This document shows, in pieces, positions 27,383 through 36,536 of a stretch of 64,000 nt of DNA. The notes beneath the pieces were generated by a model. That model searched no databases, was not told the DNA's origin, and saw nothing but the letters and a program-made list of their open reading frames with translations. The position numbers and the translations under genes were made by a program. Source of the stretch: Parcubacteria group bacterium Licking1014_17 (lineage in GTDB: Bacteria; Patescibacteriota; Minisyncoccia; 2-02-FULL-40-12; IGHO2-01-FULL-4-A); NCBI GenBank assembly GCA_007376485.1, contig VMGJ01000003.1:81252-145251 (forward strand), read 5' to 3'. Position 1 is the first letter of the stretch. Each line of letters starts with the position of its first letter.

Positions 27383-28414
27383 TTAAAAATTAAACAAAGG
27401 AGGAATAAAACCGGTCGCGACCAAGCTGTTAATTATATTAAACAGGGCGAAAAAAATCACGACCAATCCGGCGGCTTTAAAGAAAATGCCGGTCTTTCCC
27501 CTGCTCTTAATGCCGGCGGAACCAAAGCTCAATAAAAGAAGAACCGGCAGGGTGCCTAGGGCAAAAGAAAACATTATCATCGCTCCCTTTATGAAACTGC
27601 CCATAGTTAGAGCGTAAATCTGCATTGATTGAGTGAAACCACAGGGCAAAAAGAAAGTTATGGCGCCGAGCAGAACGGGCATCAGGGTGTGATTAATTTC
27701 TTTTATCTGAAACAGGTGTTTTGAAATGAAACCGGGCAAGGTAGGTTGAAGTTTTTTTACCCAAGGGAAAATATCCAAAAGATTAATGCCGAGAATCAGC
27801 ATCACCGCCCCCACCAAGAAACCAAGAATAAATATGCCAGTCCCGCCAAGCTGGAGAGAAGAACCGACAGCGCCCACTATCCCGCCCAGAACAAAAAATG
27901 AAACAAGTCGGCCGGCGTGAAAAAATATCTGGGGACGATATTTACTCCCCTCTTTGGCAAAATTCGCCGCCACCGAAAGTATCAACCCGCCGACAACGGC
28001 CATGCAGGTTGAAACGGAAGCTATCAGCCCGATGGCAGCCGCCGTGCCATAGCCGACATCGGAGGTTTTAATTAAATTCACCACGCCTAATTTCTGAAGA
28101 AGTATGAAAAACCCGATGAAGGCTACGGCTATCGGTAGGGCGTAATAGAAATCGGACCATCTCACTTCATGGATTTGCTTTTCAACCGACAAATTATAGC
28201 CATGAGCTACAATCATATCGCTTAGTTCCTTAACGATTTCTTCTTCCGACCTGACACCAAAATCGCCGGCAACCATGGCTGTTTTATCCGCAAAACTGAC
28301 CTTCGTGTCCGAGACAAAGGACAATTTCGATAATTCGTTCTCAATCAGCAGAGCGCAGGACTTGCAATGCATGCCGTTAACGTGAAAGGTGTAGGTTTTA
28401 ATATTTGCGCTCAT
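27383..28414 (-). CDS. Heavy-metal-associated (HMA) domain fused to a polytopic membrane domain (CcdA/DsbD-like or metal transporter)
   Basis: N-terminal MHCKSCALLIE HMA motif, then about 8 TM helices. Confidence 0.6.
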   Translation of the reverse strand: MSANIKTYTFHVNGMHCKSCALLIENELSKLSFVSDTKVSFADKTAMVAGDFGVRSEEEIVKELSDMIVAHGYNLSVEKQIHEVRWSDFYYALPIAVAFIGFFILLQKLGVVNLIKTSDVGYGTAAAIGLIASVSTCMAVVGGLILSVAANFAKEGSKYRPQIFFHAGRLVSFFVLGGIVGAVGSSLQLGGTGIFILGFLVGAVMLILGINLLDIFPWVKKLQPTLPGFISKHLFQIKEINHTLMPVLLGAITFFLPCGFTQSMQIYALTMGSFIKGAMIMFSFALGTLPVLLLLSFGSAGIKSRGKTGIFFKAAGLVVIFFALFNIINSLVATGFIPPLFNF

Positions 28415-28418
28415 GTTA

Positions 28419-30698
28419 TTATAGTTTTTTGGTTTTCAGGCGGAGTGAATTTGAAACAACCGAAACACTGGAAAAAGCCATGGCCAGTCCGGCAAAAACC
28501 GGCGAGAGCATCCAGCCAAGCACCGGATAAAACAATCCCGCCGCAAGGGGAATACCCACTATATTATAAAAGAAAGCCCAGAATAAATTCTGTTTTATTC
28601 CTCTCATCGTCAATTTTGAAAGTTTTATCGCTTTCGCCACCTTACTAATATCGCCGTGAAGCAAGGTTACGCCGGCGGATTCAATGGCCACGTCAGTGCC
28701 CGTATCCATGGCAATTCCCACGTCGGCCTGCGCCAAAGCCGGCGCGTCGTTCACGCCGTCGCCAACCATAGCCACTATGTTGCCCGAATCCTGCAGTTCC
28801 TTGATTTTTATGAGTTTGTCTTCCGGCATAACTTCGGCCATCACATCCGTCACGCCAACTTCCTTCGCGATAAAAGAAGCGGTATTTTTATCGTCGCCCG
28901 TGAGCATTACTACCTTAATACCCATTTTAAGAAGATTTTTTATAGCTTCTCCGGCGCCGGGCTTGACCGCGTCGGCCACCATAGCCACGGCTATAATTTT
29001 TTCTTTCGTAGCCAGTAAGACTGGGGTTTTACCCTGAAGGGTTTCATTTTTTATCTTATCGTAATTAAATTCAACGCCGAGATCCCTGATAAGTTTTTCA
29101 TTCCCGGCGAAATATTTCACGCCGCCAATTTGGCCGGTAACTCCTTTGCCCTTGATAATCTCAAAATTCTCCGCTTCGCCAAACACAATATTTTTACCCT
29201 TCGCGTAATCCGTCACGGCGCGGGCAATGGGATGTTCGGACCTGCTTTCAAGCGATGCCAATATTGGAAGGGCCGAAGCTTGATAATCCCTTGACGATAT
29301 TTGAAAACTGACCAGCTCCGGACGGCCGTTGGTTATGGTCCCGGTTTTATCGGCAACCACCACGTTGACCTTATAAAGCTTCTCAATGGTCGCCGCGTCC
29401 TTCACTAATATGCCTTCTTTCGCTCCCTTGCCCACTCCTACTATTACAGCCGTGGGGGTTGCCAACCCGAGCGCGCAAGGGCAGGCGATTACCAGCACGC
29501 CGACAAATGCCATGATTCCGTAAGAAAATGCCTGAGAAAAACCGAGATAATGGCTGCCTAAAATTAGCCAGACTATGAGAGACGCAGCCGCTGTCACCAA
29601 AACTATAGGCACAAAAACGCCCGAGATTTTATCGGCCAATGCCTGGATAGGCGCTTTGCTGTTTTGCGCTTCCTCAACCATCCGGATAATGTGAGACAAC
29701 ATTGTCTTCGAACCCACTCTGGCGGCTTTGAAGGTAAACGCCCCGGTGGTATTAACCGTGCCGGCGGAGATTGAATCGCCGGTTTTTTTCTCCACCGGAA
29801 TCGGCTCGCCAGTGAGCATGGACTCGTCAACATAAGAAAATCCGCCCATGACAACTCCGTCAACCGGAATTCTGGACCCGGGTTTGACTATGATAGTATC
29901 GCCCGCTTTGACCTGTTCAATAGGAATTTCCCGTTCTTCGCCGCTTTCAACCACTAACGCGGTTTTGGCTTGTAGATGAAGCAGTTTTTCTATGGCATCG
30001 CCGGTCTTCATTTTTGAACGCGCCTCAAGATATTTGCCGAGCGAAATAAAAGCGATAACCACTATGGTAACGTCGAAATATTCGTATCGCGCGTCCACAA
30101 AAGATTTTAAATATCCGCTGAAGATTAATATCATAACACTGTAAATGTACGCCACTGAAGTGCCGATTCCTATAAGGGTATCCATGTTGGCTTTCCCGTA
30201 ACGGATGAAGCGGTAAAATCCCAGAAGGTAAGGCCTGCCCGCGATAATAATCGTATAGGTCGCCATAAGAGGCAGAAGGATTTTAAGCAAACCCTCCATA
30301 ACGGCAGGCATTTCGGGCGCCAAATTAAAAGATGCCGCCGCTTCCCACGCCATCACGATTATGCTTAGGACGGCAAGCGGTAAAATCGAAAAAATCTTGT
30401 TCCGCATTGAAACAAGCTCTCTCTGTTTTTTCTCTTTGGTTTTGCCGCCGGCGGCTGCGTGATATCCGGCGTGATTTTCGCCATCAGTAATATCCAGCGA
30501 ATAGCCAAGAGGTTTCAACGATTCGGACAGTTTTTCAATTGTGGTCAGACCGCCGTCAAAAGTTATTTTCGCCGCCTCCGTCACGAAATTTGCCTCGACT
30601 GAAACCACGCCCTCTTTTTTCTTGAGGGTCCTTTCAATAATGCTCGCGCATGAAGCGCAGTGCATCCCTATGACTTTTACAGACACTAATTGCGCCAT
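28419..30698 (-). CDS. copA: Copper-translocating P1B-type ATPase
   Basis: [14 protein letters not shown] metal site, DKTGTIT phosphorylation site, GDGVNDAP. Confidence 0.9.
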   Translation of the reverse strand: MAQLVSVKVIGMHCASCASIIERTLKKKEGVVSVEANFVTEAAKITFDGGLTTIEKLSESLKPLGYSLDITDGENHAGYHAAAGGKTKEKKQRELVSMRNKIFSILPLAVLSIIVMAWEAAASFNLAPEMPAVMEGLLKILLPLMATYTIIIAGRPYLLGFYRFIRYGKANMDTLIGIGTSVAYIYSVMILIFSGYLKSFVDARYEYFDVTIVVIAFISLGKYLEARSKMKTGDAIEKLLHLQAKTALVVESGEEREIPIEQVKAGDTIIVKPGSRIPVDGVVMGGFSYVDESMLTGEPIPVEKKTGDSISAGTVNTTGAFTFKAARVGSKTMLSHIIRMVEEAQNSKAPIQALADKISGVFVPIVLVTAAASLIVWLILGSHYLGFSQAFSYGIMAFVGVLVIACPCALGLATPTAVIVGVGKGAKEGILVKDAATIEKLYKVNVVVADKTGTITNGRPELVSFQISSRDYQASALPILASLESRSEHPIARAVTDYAKGKNIVFGEAENFEIIKGKGVTGQIGGVKYFAGNEKLIRDLGVEFNYDKIKNETLQGKTPVLLATKEKIIAVAMVADAVKPGAGEAIKNLLKMGIKVVMLTGDDKNTASFIAKEVGVTDVMAEVMPEDKLIKIKELQDSGNIVAMVGDGVNDAPALAQADVGIAMDTGTDVAIESAGVTLLHGDISKVAKAIKLSKLTMRGIKQNLFWAFFYNIVGIPLAAGLFYPVLGWMLSPVFAGLAMAFSSVSVVSNSLRLKTKKL

Positions 30699-30700
30699 GT

Positions 30701-30985
30701 TTAGTTTGATAAATTATATATTTTTAACAGTTCCTCAATCGCTTTCTTTTTATCCTCTATAAGCTGATGGGCAACACAGGTGTCTAAATGACCCGCCAAT
30801 AAATCGCGCTTAGCCGTTTTTAAAAGGCCGATAATACTGTCTACCTGCTGAATTATCTCCGGGCAGTATTTTTCCTCGCCTACCATCTGGACGACTTTAG
30901 CCAGCGTGCCCTGTGCCTGCTTTATCGCTTTAAGCGATCTCGTTTTTTGTATGTTGCTGTGTTTGTGTTTCATTTTCATATTCAT
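30701..30985 (-). CDS. csoR: CsoR/RcnR-family metal-sensing transcriptional repressor
   Basis: 94 aa with the conserved Cys/His sensor residues (YCPEI...HLDTCV). Confidence 0.8.
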   Translation of the reverse strand: MNMKMKHKHSNIQKTRSLKAIKQAQGTLAKVVQMVGEEKYCPEIIQQVDSIIGLLKTAKRDLLAGHLDTCVAHQLIEDKKKAIEELLKIYNLSN

Positions 30986-30998
30986 AATATATTAATTA

Positions 30999-31034
30999 AA
31001 CATGAGCCTATAACCTAGGTTATAGGCTCATGTT
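30999..31034. promoter_or_regulatory. Perfect 36-bp palindrome (aacatgagcctataacc-t-aggttataggctcatgtt) about 15 bp upstream of the csoR start. It is a candidate operator and/or bidirectional terminator
   Basis: Read directly. Confidence 0.45.
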
Positions 31035-31041
31035 ACGCTTG

Positions 31042-31269
31042 TCAATAGTAGTTCTTGCGATTCCAGGACATTTTTAAGGATCTGAATATGGCGAGGAGGT
31101 GATTTACAACTCCATTTGCCGTTTTACCCCTATCAATGATATCAAAATGCCTGCTGGTACATCTGGCAATATAGCAGTGATCCTGTCCTTCAAATGATTG
31201 CCCTTCAACCCGATAAACTTTAATTACCGGTTTTCTAAACATTTCGTTCCCCTTCCATTCAAAGAACAA
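31042..31269 (-). CDS. Hypothetical protein
   Basis: 75-aa ORF with no recognisable domain. Confidence 0.35.
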   Translation of the reverse strand: MFFEWKGNEMFRKPVIKVYRVEGQSFEGQDHCYIARCTSRHFDIIDRGKTANGVVNHLLAIFRSLKMSWNRKNYY

Positions 31270-31475
31270 ACGGTTTCAAAATATACCCGACTTCCTCCCA
31301 TCGCCATCCTACCCCGATTTGGGGTGAAGTTCAATCCTTCGACGGGCTCAGGACAAGTTCCTTCGACTCATTTCACTCGTTCAGAACAGGTAATTCATAA
31401 ATAAATATTGCAAAACTGAGGTTTATTTGAAATTATTAATAAGTTACTTTGTTTGAGTGTTAAAAAATTTTTGCA

Positions 31476-32141
31476 ATGAAAGCCATATTTTATAAACTAG
31501 GTAAGAATATCGCGGAGTGCTACGGCGGGAAAAATATATTGTGGTATTTTCTCGCGTTTGCCATTACCGCCGTCATCGTAATTTCCGGCTTTGATTGGTA
31601 TTGGTACGCCGGAACGCAAAATCCCGTTTTGCAATCATTTCTTTTTCCGGCGGCGATAATCGGCGGTCTTTTGCCGTTCATTCTGTTTTTCGTGTTGTAT
31701 GCCGCGGGAAAAATCCGGAAAAACATTAAAATACTGAACACCGCCCTTGCCGTCGCCCAAGCGGGTATTGTCGGCTGGCTGATATCTTCGTTTTATAAAA
31801 TATTTACCGGGAGGATTCAGCCGCCGTTTCATATTGCCGGCGCCGTTGATATAAGCAGGGGGTTTCAGTTCGGATTCTTCCGCCACGGGATATTTTGGGG
31901 TTGGCCCTCCACGCATACGGCGGTGGCATTTGCCATCGCAGTGGCGATTTTTATGCTTTACCAAGATAACCGGCTGATTAAATTCTCCGCATTGTTTGTC
32001 GCTTTTTACATCGGCATCGGCGTATCGACAAACATCCACTGGTTTTCCGATTTTATCGTCGGCGCGATTATCGGGTCAGTTATCGGCATAGTCGTCGGCA
32101 AGAGTTTTCTTGAATGGTTGGGTACTATAACTAAAACTTAA
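31476..32141 (+). CDS. PAP2-superfamily membrane phosphatase (tentative)
   Basis: Polytopic membrane protein. WPSTHT and a downstream His resemble the PAP2 PSGH/SRxxxxxHxxxD motifs. Confidence 0.5.
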   Translation: MKAIFYKLGKNIAECYGGKNILWYFLAFAITAVIVISGFDWYWYAGTQNPVLQSFLFPAAIIGGLLPFILFFVLYAAGKIRKNIKILNTALAVAQAGIVGWLISSFYKIFTGRIQPPFHIAGAVDISRGFQFGFFRHGIFWGWPSTHTAVAFAIAVAIFMLYQDNRLIKFSALFVAFYIGIGVSTNIHWFSDFIVGAIIGSVIGIVVGKSFLEWLGTITKT

Positions 32142-32467
32142 CTCAAAACGATGCCCCCGGGATTGGCGGGGGCTAAATATCAGGAATGGCAAGAGTTATC
32201 TTCCGGGGTCGGAGAATTGGTCGAGAAACCCTTCTTTGACTCCTCGGCTTATTACTCCCGCTATTTTTGTCCCTTTCAAACAGACATTGCAAAACCCTCC
32301 GGGGATTTTATAAACGATTTTTCCGGGGGTCTTCTTCGGCAAGTCTTGTAACAATCTTGAACGCCTTCTCGCCCTCGCGCGGATGATAAACATGCCCATT
32401 TTCACACTGCACCATCGGTACCATGACTGTTCTCCTTTCTCTGTTTCGAATTCTGATTGTCAAAAGA

Positions 32468-33571
32468 CTATTTCTCTTCTGTCTTTTCCGTTTCTGCCAC
32501 CGCTTTTTTGATGCCGACTATGATATCTTTCTCCACTTTTGGATTATCTTTCAGGAATTGGCGGGCGCCGTCTATGCCCTGCCCGAGTTTTTCTTTGTTG
32601 TAGATAAACCAGCTCCCGGACTTTTCAACCACGTTGAAGGCTACGCCGGTATTCACCACGTCGGCCTGTTTTGAAATGCCCTCGTTGTATAAAATATCAA
32701 ACTCGGCGGTTCTGAACGGCGCGGCGACTTTATTTTTCACGACTTTTACTTTCACCCTGTTGCCGATGATTTTTTCTTTTGACTGGATTTGAGCCGAACG
32801 GCGGATTTCAATTCTGACGGACGAATAAAACTTCAGCGCCAAGCCGCCGGTGGTGGTTTCGGGATTGCCAAACATTATGCCGATTTTTAGGCGGATTTGG
32901 TTTATGAAAACAACAGTGGTGTTTGTCTTGGCAATAATGGCGGTGAGTTTCCGCAAAGCGTGGGACATCAGCCGCGCCTGCAAGCCCATGTGCTGCTGGT
33001 CCATTTCGCCTTCAATTTCGGCGCGGGGTGTCAGGGCGGCGACGGAATCAATGACAACCAAACTGACTCCGCCGGAGCGGACAAGGGTTTCGACAATTTC
33101 CAGCCCTTGCTCTCCGGTGTCCGGCTGGGAAATAAGCAAATCCCCGATTTTCACTCCGATTTTTTTGGCGTATTCCGGGTCAAGGGCGTGTTCGGCGTCA
33201 ACGTAAGCGGCAACTCCGCCTTGTTTTTGGGCCTCGGCGACAAGATGCAACGCCAAAGTCGTTTTGCCGGAACTTTCCGGTCCGTAGATTTCAATGACCC
33301 TTCCTCTCGGCACTCCGCCGACGCCGAGCGCGAGGTCAAGCGAAATTGAGCCTGTCGGTATTACGTCAACGTCAACTTTCTTGGCATCGCCAAGCTTCAT
33401 TATTGACCCCTCGCCGTATTTTTCCTGAATCTCCCGAACGGCAAGGTCAATACTTCGACTACGCTCAGTACTTGCGGTACTTCGGCTGTGCTCAGTACCT
33501 GCGGCTCCCTTATTTATCACAGTTTCGCTCTTCGCTTTGACTTCTTCTTTTTTTGTTTTTTCTTTAGGCAT
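32468..33571 (-). CDS. recA: Recombinase RecA (with a low-complexity N-terminal extension, or an over-called start)
   Basis: GPESSGKTT Walker A and conserved RecA L1/L2 regions. Confidence 0.95.
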   Translation of the reverse strand: MPKEKTKKEEVKAKSETVINKGAAGTEHSRSTASTERSRSIDLAVREIQEKYGEGSIMKLGDAKKVDVDVIPTGSISLDLALGVGGVPRGRVIEIYGPESSGKTTLALHLVAEAQKQGGVAAYVDAEHALDPEYAKKIGVKIGDLLISQPDTGEQGLEIVETLVRSGGVSLVVIDSVAALTPRAEIEGEMDQQHMGLQARLMSHALRKLTAIIAKTNTTVVFINQIRLKIGIMFGNPETTTGGLALKFYSSVRIEIRRSAQIQSKEKIIGNRVKVKVVKNKVAAPFRTAEFDILYNEGISKQADVVNTGVAFNVVEKSGSWFIYNKEKLGQGIDGARQFLKDNPKVEKDIIVGIKKAVAETEKTEEK

Positions 33572-33591
33572 ATATTACTTTTATCTTATCA

Positions 33592-34590
33592 CTATATCAT
33601 CGGATTCCCCAAATTGGCAATAATTCCCCTAAGTTTGAAAGTATTCCCATGTTTCAATAGCCCCAAATATGAATTGACAGTTTCTGTTCTCGGATTTGCC
33701 TTGATTCTTTTCAATATTCTTCTTTTTGTTGACGTCCTCAAAATCCTGTGATTTGGGAAAGTAATCCAGCCGAGAAAATCAATGCCCGAAGAAAGAGTCT
33801 TAATAAATATCTTTTGGGGATGCAATCTTAAATTTAATTTTTGTTCCAGATATTCGCTAACTGGTTGGATAATTTGTTCAAGCCATGGCTTATTTTCGGA
33901 CAAAATCACAAAATCATCGCAATATCTTATGTAATAGCGAATTTTCAGTTTGTGTTTAATAAATTGGTCAAATTCATTCATATAGACATTCACCAAAAGC
34001 TGCGAAGTCAGATTGCCGAGCGGCAGACCGATGCCGAAGTAGCCCGAACTGAAACTGCCAATAACTTCCTTTAACAACCAAATAATGTTTTCATCGGGAA
34101 TATATCTTGAAATGATTTTCAATAAAATCGTATGGTTAATATTGGCAAAGAATCTTCGGATGTCGCATTTCAAAACCCAGCAGGTTCTTGTGTTGTTCCG
34201 GCTGACTTTACGCGCAAAATAACGAAAACGATTTATAGCTTTGTGTGTGCCTTTATTTAATCGGCAGGAAAATGAATCGGAAATAAACGTTCTATTAAAA
34301 AATGGATACAATATCCGGTAAACCGCGTGGTGCAACAGCCGGTCACTGACGCTTGCCTTGTGAATATTCCTCGGTTTCGGGTCGCAGATATTGAATGCTT
34401 GATAATCGCCATGCCTATATGTATGATTTACCAAATCTCGGTGTAATTCCAAGATATTGTCCATTAAATTAAACTGGAATTCCTGAACGTCCCGCCTGTG
34501 TCTTTTGCCCCGCAGAAATTCTTTCCATGCTTCCAAAATGTTCTCAATACTGATAATATCTTCAAAATTATGAGCCAATTTGATTTTCAT
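33592..34590 (-). CDS. DGR reverse transcriptase (cassette 2). The ORF track extends it to 34767, but the homologous start is MKIKLAH at 34590
   Basis: About 88 percent aa identity to RT1, with the same YCDDF and LGNLTSQ motifs. Confidence 0.85.
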   Translation of the reverse strand: MKIKLAHNFEDIISIENILEAWKEFLRGKRHRRDVQEFQFNLMDNILELHRDLVNHTYRHGDYQAFNICDPKPRNIHKASVSDRLLHHAVYRILYPFFNRTFISDSFSCRLNKGTHKAINRFRYFARKVSRNNTRTCWVLKCDIRRFFANINHTILLKIISRYIPDENIIWLLKEVIGSFSSGYFGIGLPLGNLTSQLLVNVYMNEFDQFIKHKLKIRYYIRYCDDFVILSENKPWLEQIIQPVSEYLEQKLNLRLHPQKIFIKTLSSGIDFLGWITFPNHRILRTSTKRRILKRIKANPRTETVNSYLGLLKHGNTFKLRGIIANLGNPMI

Positions 34591-34982
34591 AAAAATAGCC
34601 CTATAAGCCCCCCCCCAGGGTTTCGTTGCCGATATTACAAAGGTTGGTTTCGGCATACAAGCTGTGGCATGAACATCTGTCGCATTTTCCCAAAACCTCA
34701 CGATATACGCTCGGCGGGAAAATTGACAGCTATTTTGTAGACGCCGTCGAAGCGATTCACACCGCAAGTTATCTTGGCAAATCAGAGAAACTCCCTTGGA
34801 TCAGGCGCGCGATAACAAAACTTGATGATCTGAAATTCTTTTTGCAAATCGCTTGGGAACTCAAGGTATTGGATAACAAAAAATACATAGCACTTTCCGA
34901 GCCGCTGGCCGAAATTGGCCGAATGCTGGGCGGATGGATGCGGCAAACGGAGTCGGCAAAAACAAAACCGAACCTGTTATAG
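34498..34982 (+). CDS. avd: Avd-like accessory gene (cassette 2). It appears frameshifted at a C9 tract. The N-terminus MSQFDFHKNSPISPPP (frame A) and the body from 34626 (frame -1) are rejoined by one extra C
   Basis: The body carries SRYTLGGKI...IGRMLGGW. The poly-C is at 34608-34616. Confidence 0.7.
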
Positions 34983-35002
34983 GTTCGGAGAAACTTTGCT
35001 TA

Positions 35003-35126
35003 CTTGCGGCGAGCGAGGAACCGGCAGTCGCCGTCCCACTTGTTACCGAGGTAATTGAGGTTCGCGTTCCGCTCGTTGGCGTTCCTGTAGACGTACACGA
35101 CGTTCCGGTTGCCGTTGCGGTCCTGC
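35003..35126 (-). repeat. DGR template repeat TR2
   Basis: At least 17 mismatches to 35478-35602, all at plus-strand T (minus-strand A) positions of the TR. Confidence 0.85.
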
Positions 35127-35384
35127 TGTGTGCACGGTACCATCTATGCCACTATCCTTTGAATACTCTCGGGACTGAATCGTATTTGGGAGCATAACTC
35201 CGCCAGTACCGTACACCAAGTAGCTTTGTTTTTTGAGATACTGTGAAAATCACTGGCCGGAGGCGTACCCACGGCCACTCCGTTTTACGCAGTTCTGGAA
35301 TTCGGCCGTTTGCAGTCGTAACCGCAAACATATCAGCCTATTATCCGTGATTTACTATACTCACTATTTTCAAAAATGAAAGAG

Positions 35385-35420
35385 CGCCTCGTCCGGAAGA
35401 CCCGAACGAGGCGCAAGAGT
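35385..35420 (-). terminator. Hairpin plus T-tract about 65 nt downstream of VR2 (the target 2 terminator, or a homing hairpin)
   Basis: gcgcctcgt...acgaggcgc stem followed by TCTTTCATTTTTG on the minus strand. Confidence 0.45.
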
Positions 35421-35468
35421 CCAAGGCACTCAAGATCTTGAAGACCTGAGCGCGCAAGGACCCAAGGA

Positions 35469-36113
35469 CTACTTCTGCTTGCGGCGAGCGAGGAACCGGC
35501 AGTCGCCGTCCCACTCGCCACCGAGGTAATCGAGGGACGCGCACCGCTCGTCGGCGTGCCTGCAGACGAACACGACGCACCGGCTGCCGTGGCGGTCCTG
35601 CCAGTGCTGGCCGATGGCCGGGATCGGGAACTCCCGCTGGAGCTCCGGCTTCTCGGCGCCGACGGTCAAGTCCTCGTAGGCGTCGGCGGGCTCGAGGTCG
35701 AGCTTCGCCAGCTCGGTGAGCACCTGCTCGTCGCTCATGTCTCGCCCGAAGTGGACGAGGACGAGGTCGCTCTTGACCCTGCCCTTGAGGCGCGGCGGGA
35801 AGTTCTTGGCGTTGACGTTGCCGTTCTTCCAGTCGTACTTCCCACGCTTGAGCAGATCGGCTATGTCCTCGTCGTAGTCGATGACGTGGCAACCGAGCTT
35901 GGTGATCGTGGGGTCAGGGTAGATCGGGGCGAGGCCGAGGACCTTCCGCAGGGCGTTGCGCTCGGGCAACGTTCCCTGCTTCGAAGCCTCAATCACGTCG
36001 GCGACGATTCCGCTATCGAGCAAGTCCGCCTGGAACTTCTCCACAGTCAGTCCCTTGTCGTTGGCAAGCCGGACAACTTCATTTCCTTGGGCGAGCGTCA
36101 CGTTGTTGGCCAT
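35469..36113 (-). CDS. DGR variable (target) protein 2. It is cytoplasmic and 214 aa. The whole gene is markedly GC-rich relative to its neighbours
   Basis: SD GAAAGGAGGG before the ATG. The C-terminus ...CRHADERCASLDYLGGEWDGDCRFLARRKQK is encoded by VR2. Confidence 0.8.
   Translation of the reverse strand: MANNVTLAQGNEVVRLANDKGLTVEKFQADLLDSGIVADVIEASKQGTLPERNALRKVLGLAPIYPDPTITKLGCHVIDYDEDIADLLKRGKYDWKNGNVNAKNFPPRLKGRVKSDLVLVHFGRDMSDEQVLTELAKLDLEPADAYEDLTVGAEKPELQREFPIPAIGQHWQDRHGSRCVVFVCRHADERCASLDYLGGEWDGDCRFLARRKQK
35478..35602 (-). repeat. DGR variable repeat VR2
   Basis: See TR2. Confidence 0.85.
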
Positions 36114-36382
36114 GACACCCTCCTTTCCTTTGTGGCTATGGAACCACCATAAGCTCCGACGGAATGTCGGTACTCACAGCGTTCCGGTTGCTGATTTTGC
36201 AGGTAAAATCAAGGTACTATGATACCCTATATTATACTAAACTTTACGACAAAAAGCAAGGACACAAAACCCCTCATTCTATAAGGGTTTTTTAATATAA
36301 AGCGAGTCATTATGCTTTGAGGGCTCAAAAAGCACAATAGCGAGACCGCCTAAATTTTGCTTCACAAAACTTGAGCGGGCTT

Positions 36383-36530
36383 GCCAATATGCTTTTTGGG
36401 GCTGTTGAGATTGCCGCTGGTACGGTTTTGTCAATGGCTGAACGAAGTGAACGCCTTGACAAACAGCGGTAATCTCACCAGATGAAATTTTCTCGCTGGG
36501 GAAATTTCAGTCCCCAAAAAGCATATTGGC
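36383..36530 (+). ncRNA. Structured element copy C (three-way-junction family)
   Basis: P1 is gccaatatgctttttgggg / ccccaaaaagcatattggc. P2 is tgagattgccgctg / cagcggtaatctca with a G-T wobble on the plus strand. P3 is tgaaattttc / gaaatttca with the conserved loop tcgctgg. Stems covary with copy A. Confidence 0.4.
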
Positions 36531-36536
36531 AAGTAT

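Noticed and set aside
34608-34616. Treating the avd2 C9 frameshift as proof of a pseudogene
   Set aside because: A single-base homopolymer length difference is equally explained by phase variation or by assembly or polishing error. Both reading-frame halves remain intact, so it is reported as a candidate switch and not as a dead gene.
35341-35892. Long antisense or alternate-frame ORFs (35341..35892, 35556..36152, 8966..9457, 9112..9435) with Arg/Pro/Ala-rich translations
   Set aside because: They are confined to the GC-rich DGR target genes. High-GC DNA generates long stop-free frames. The target-gene frames have SDs and encode the VR, and these ORFs do neither.
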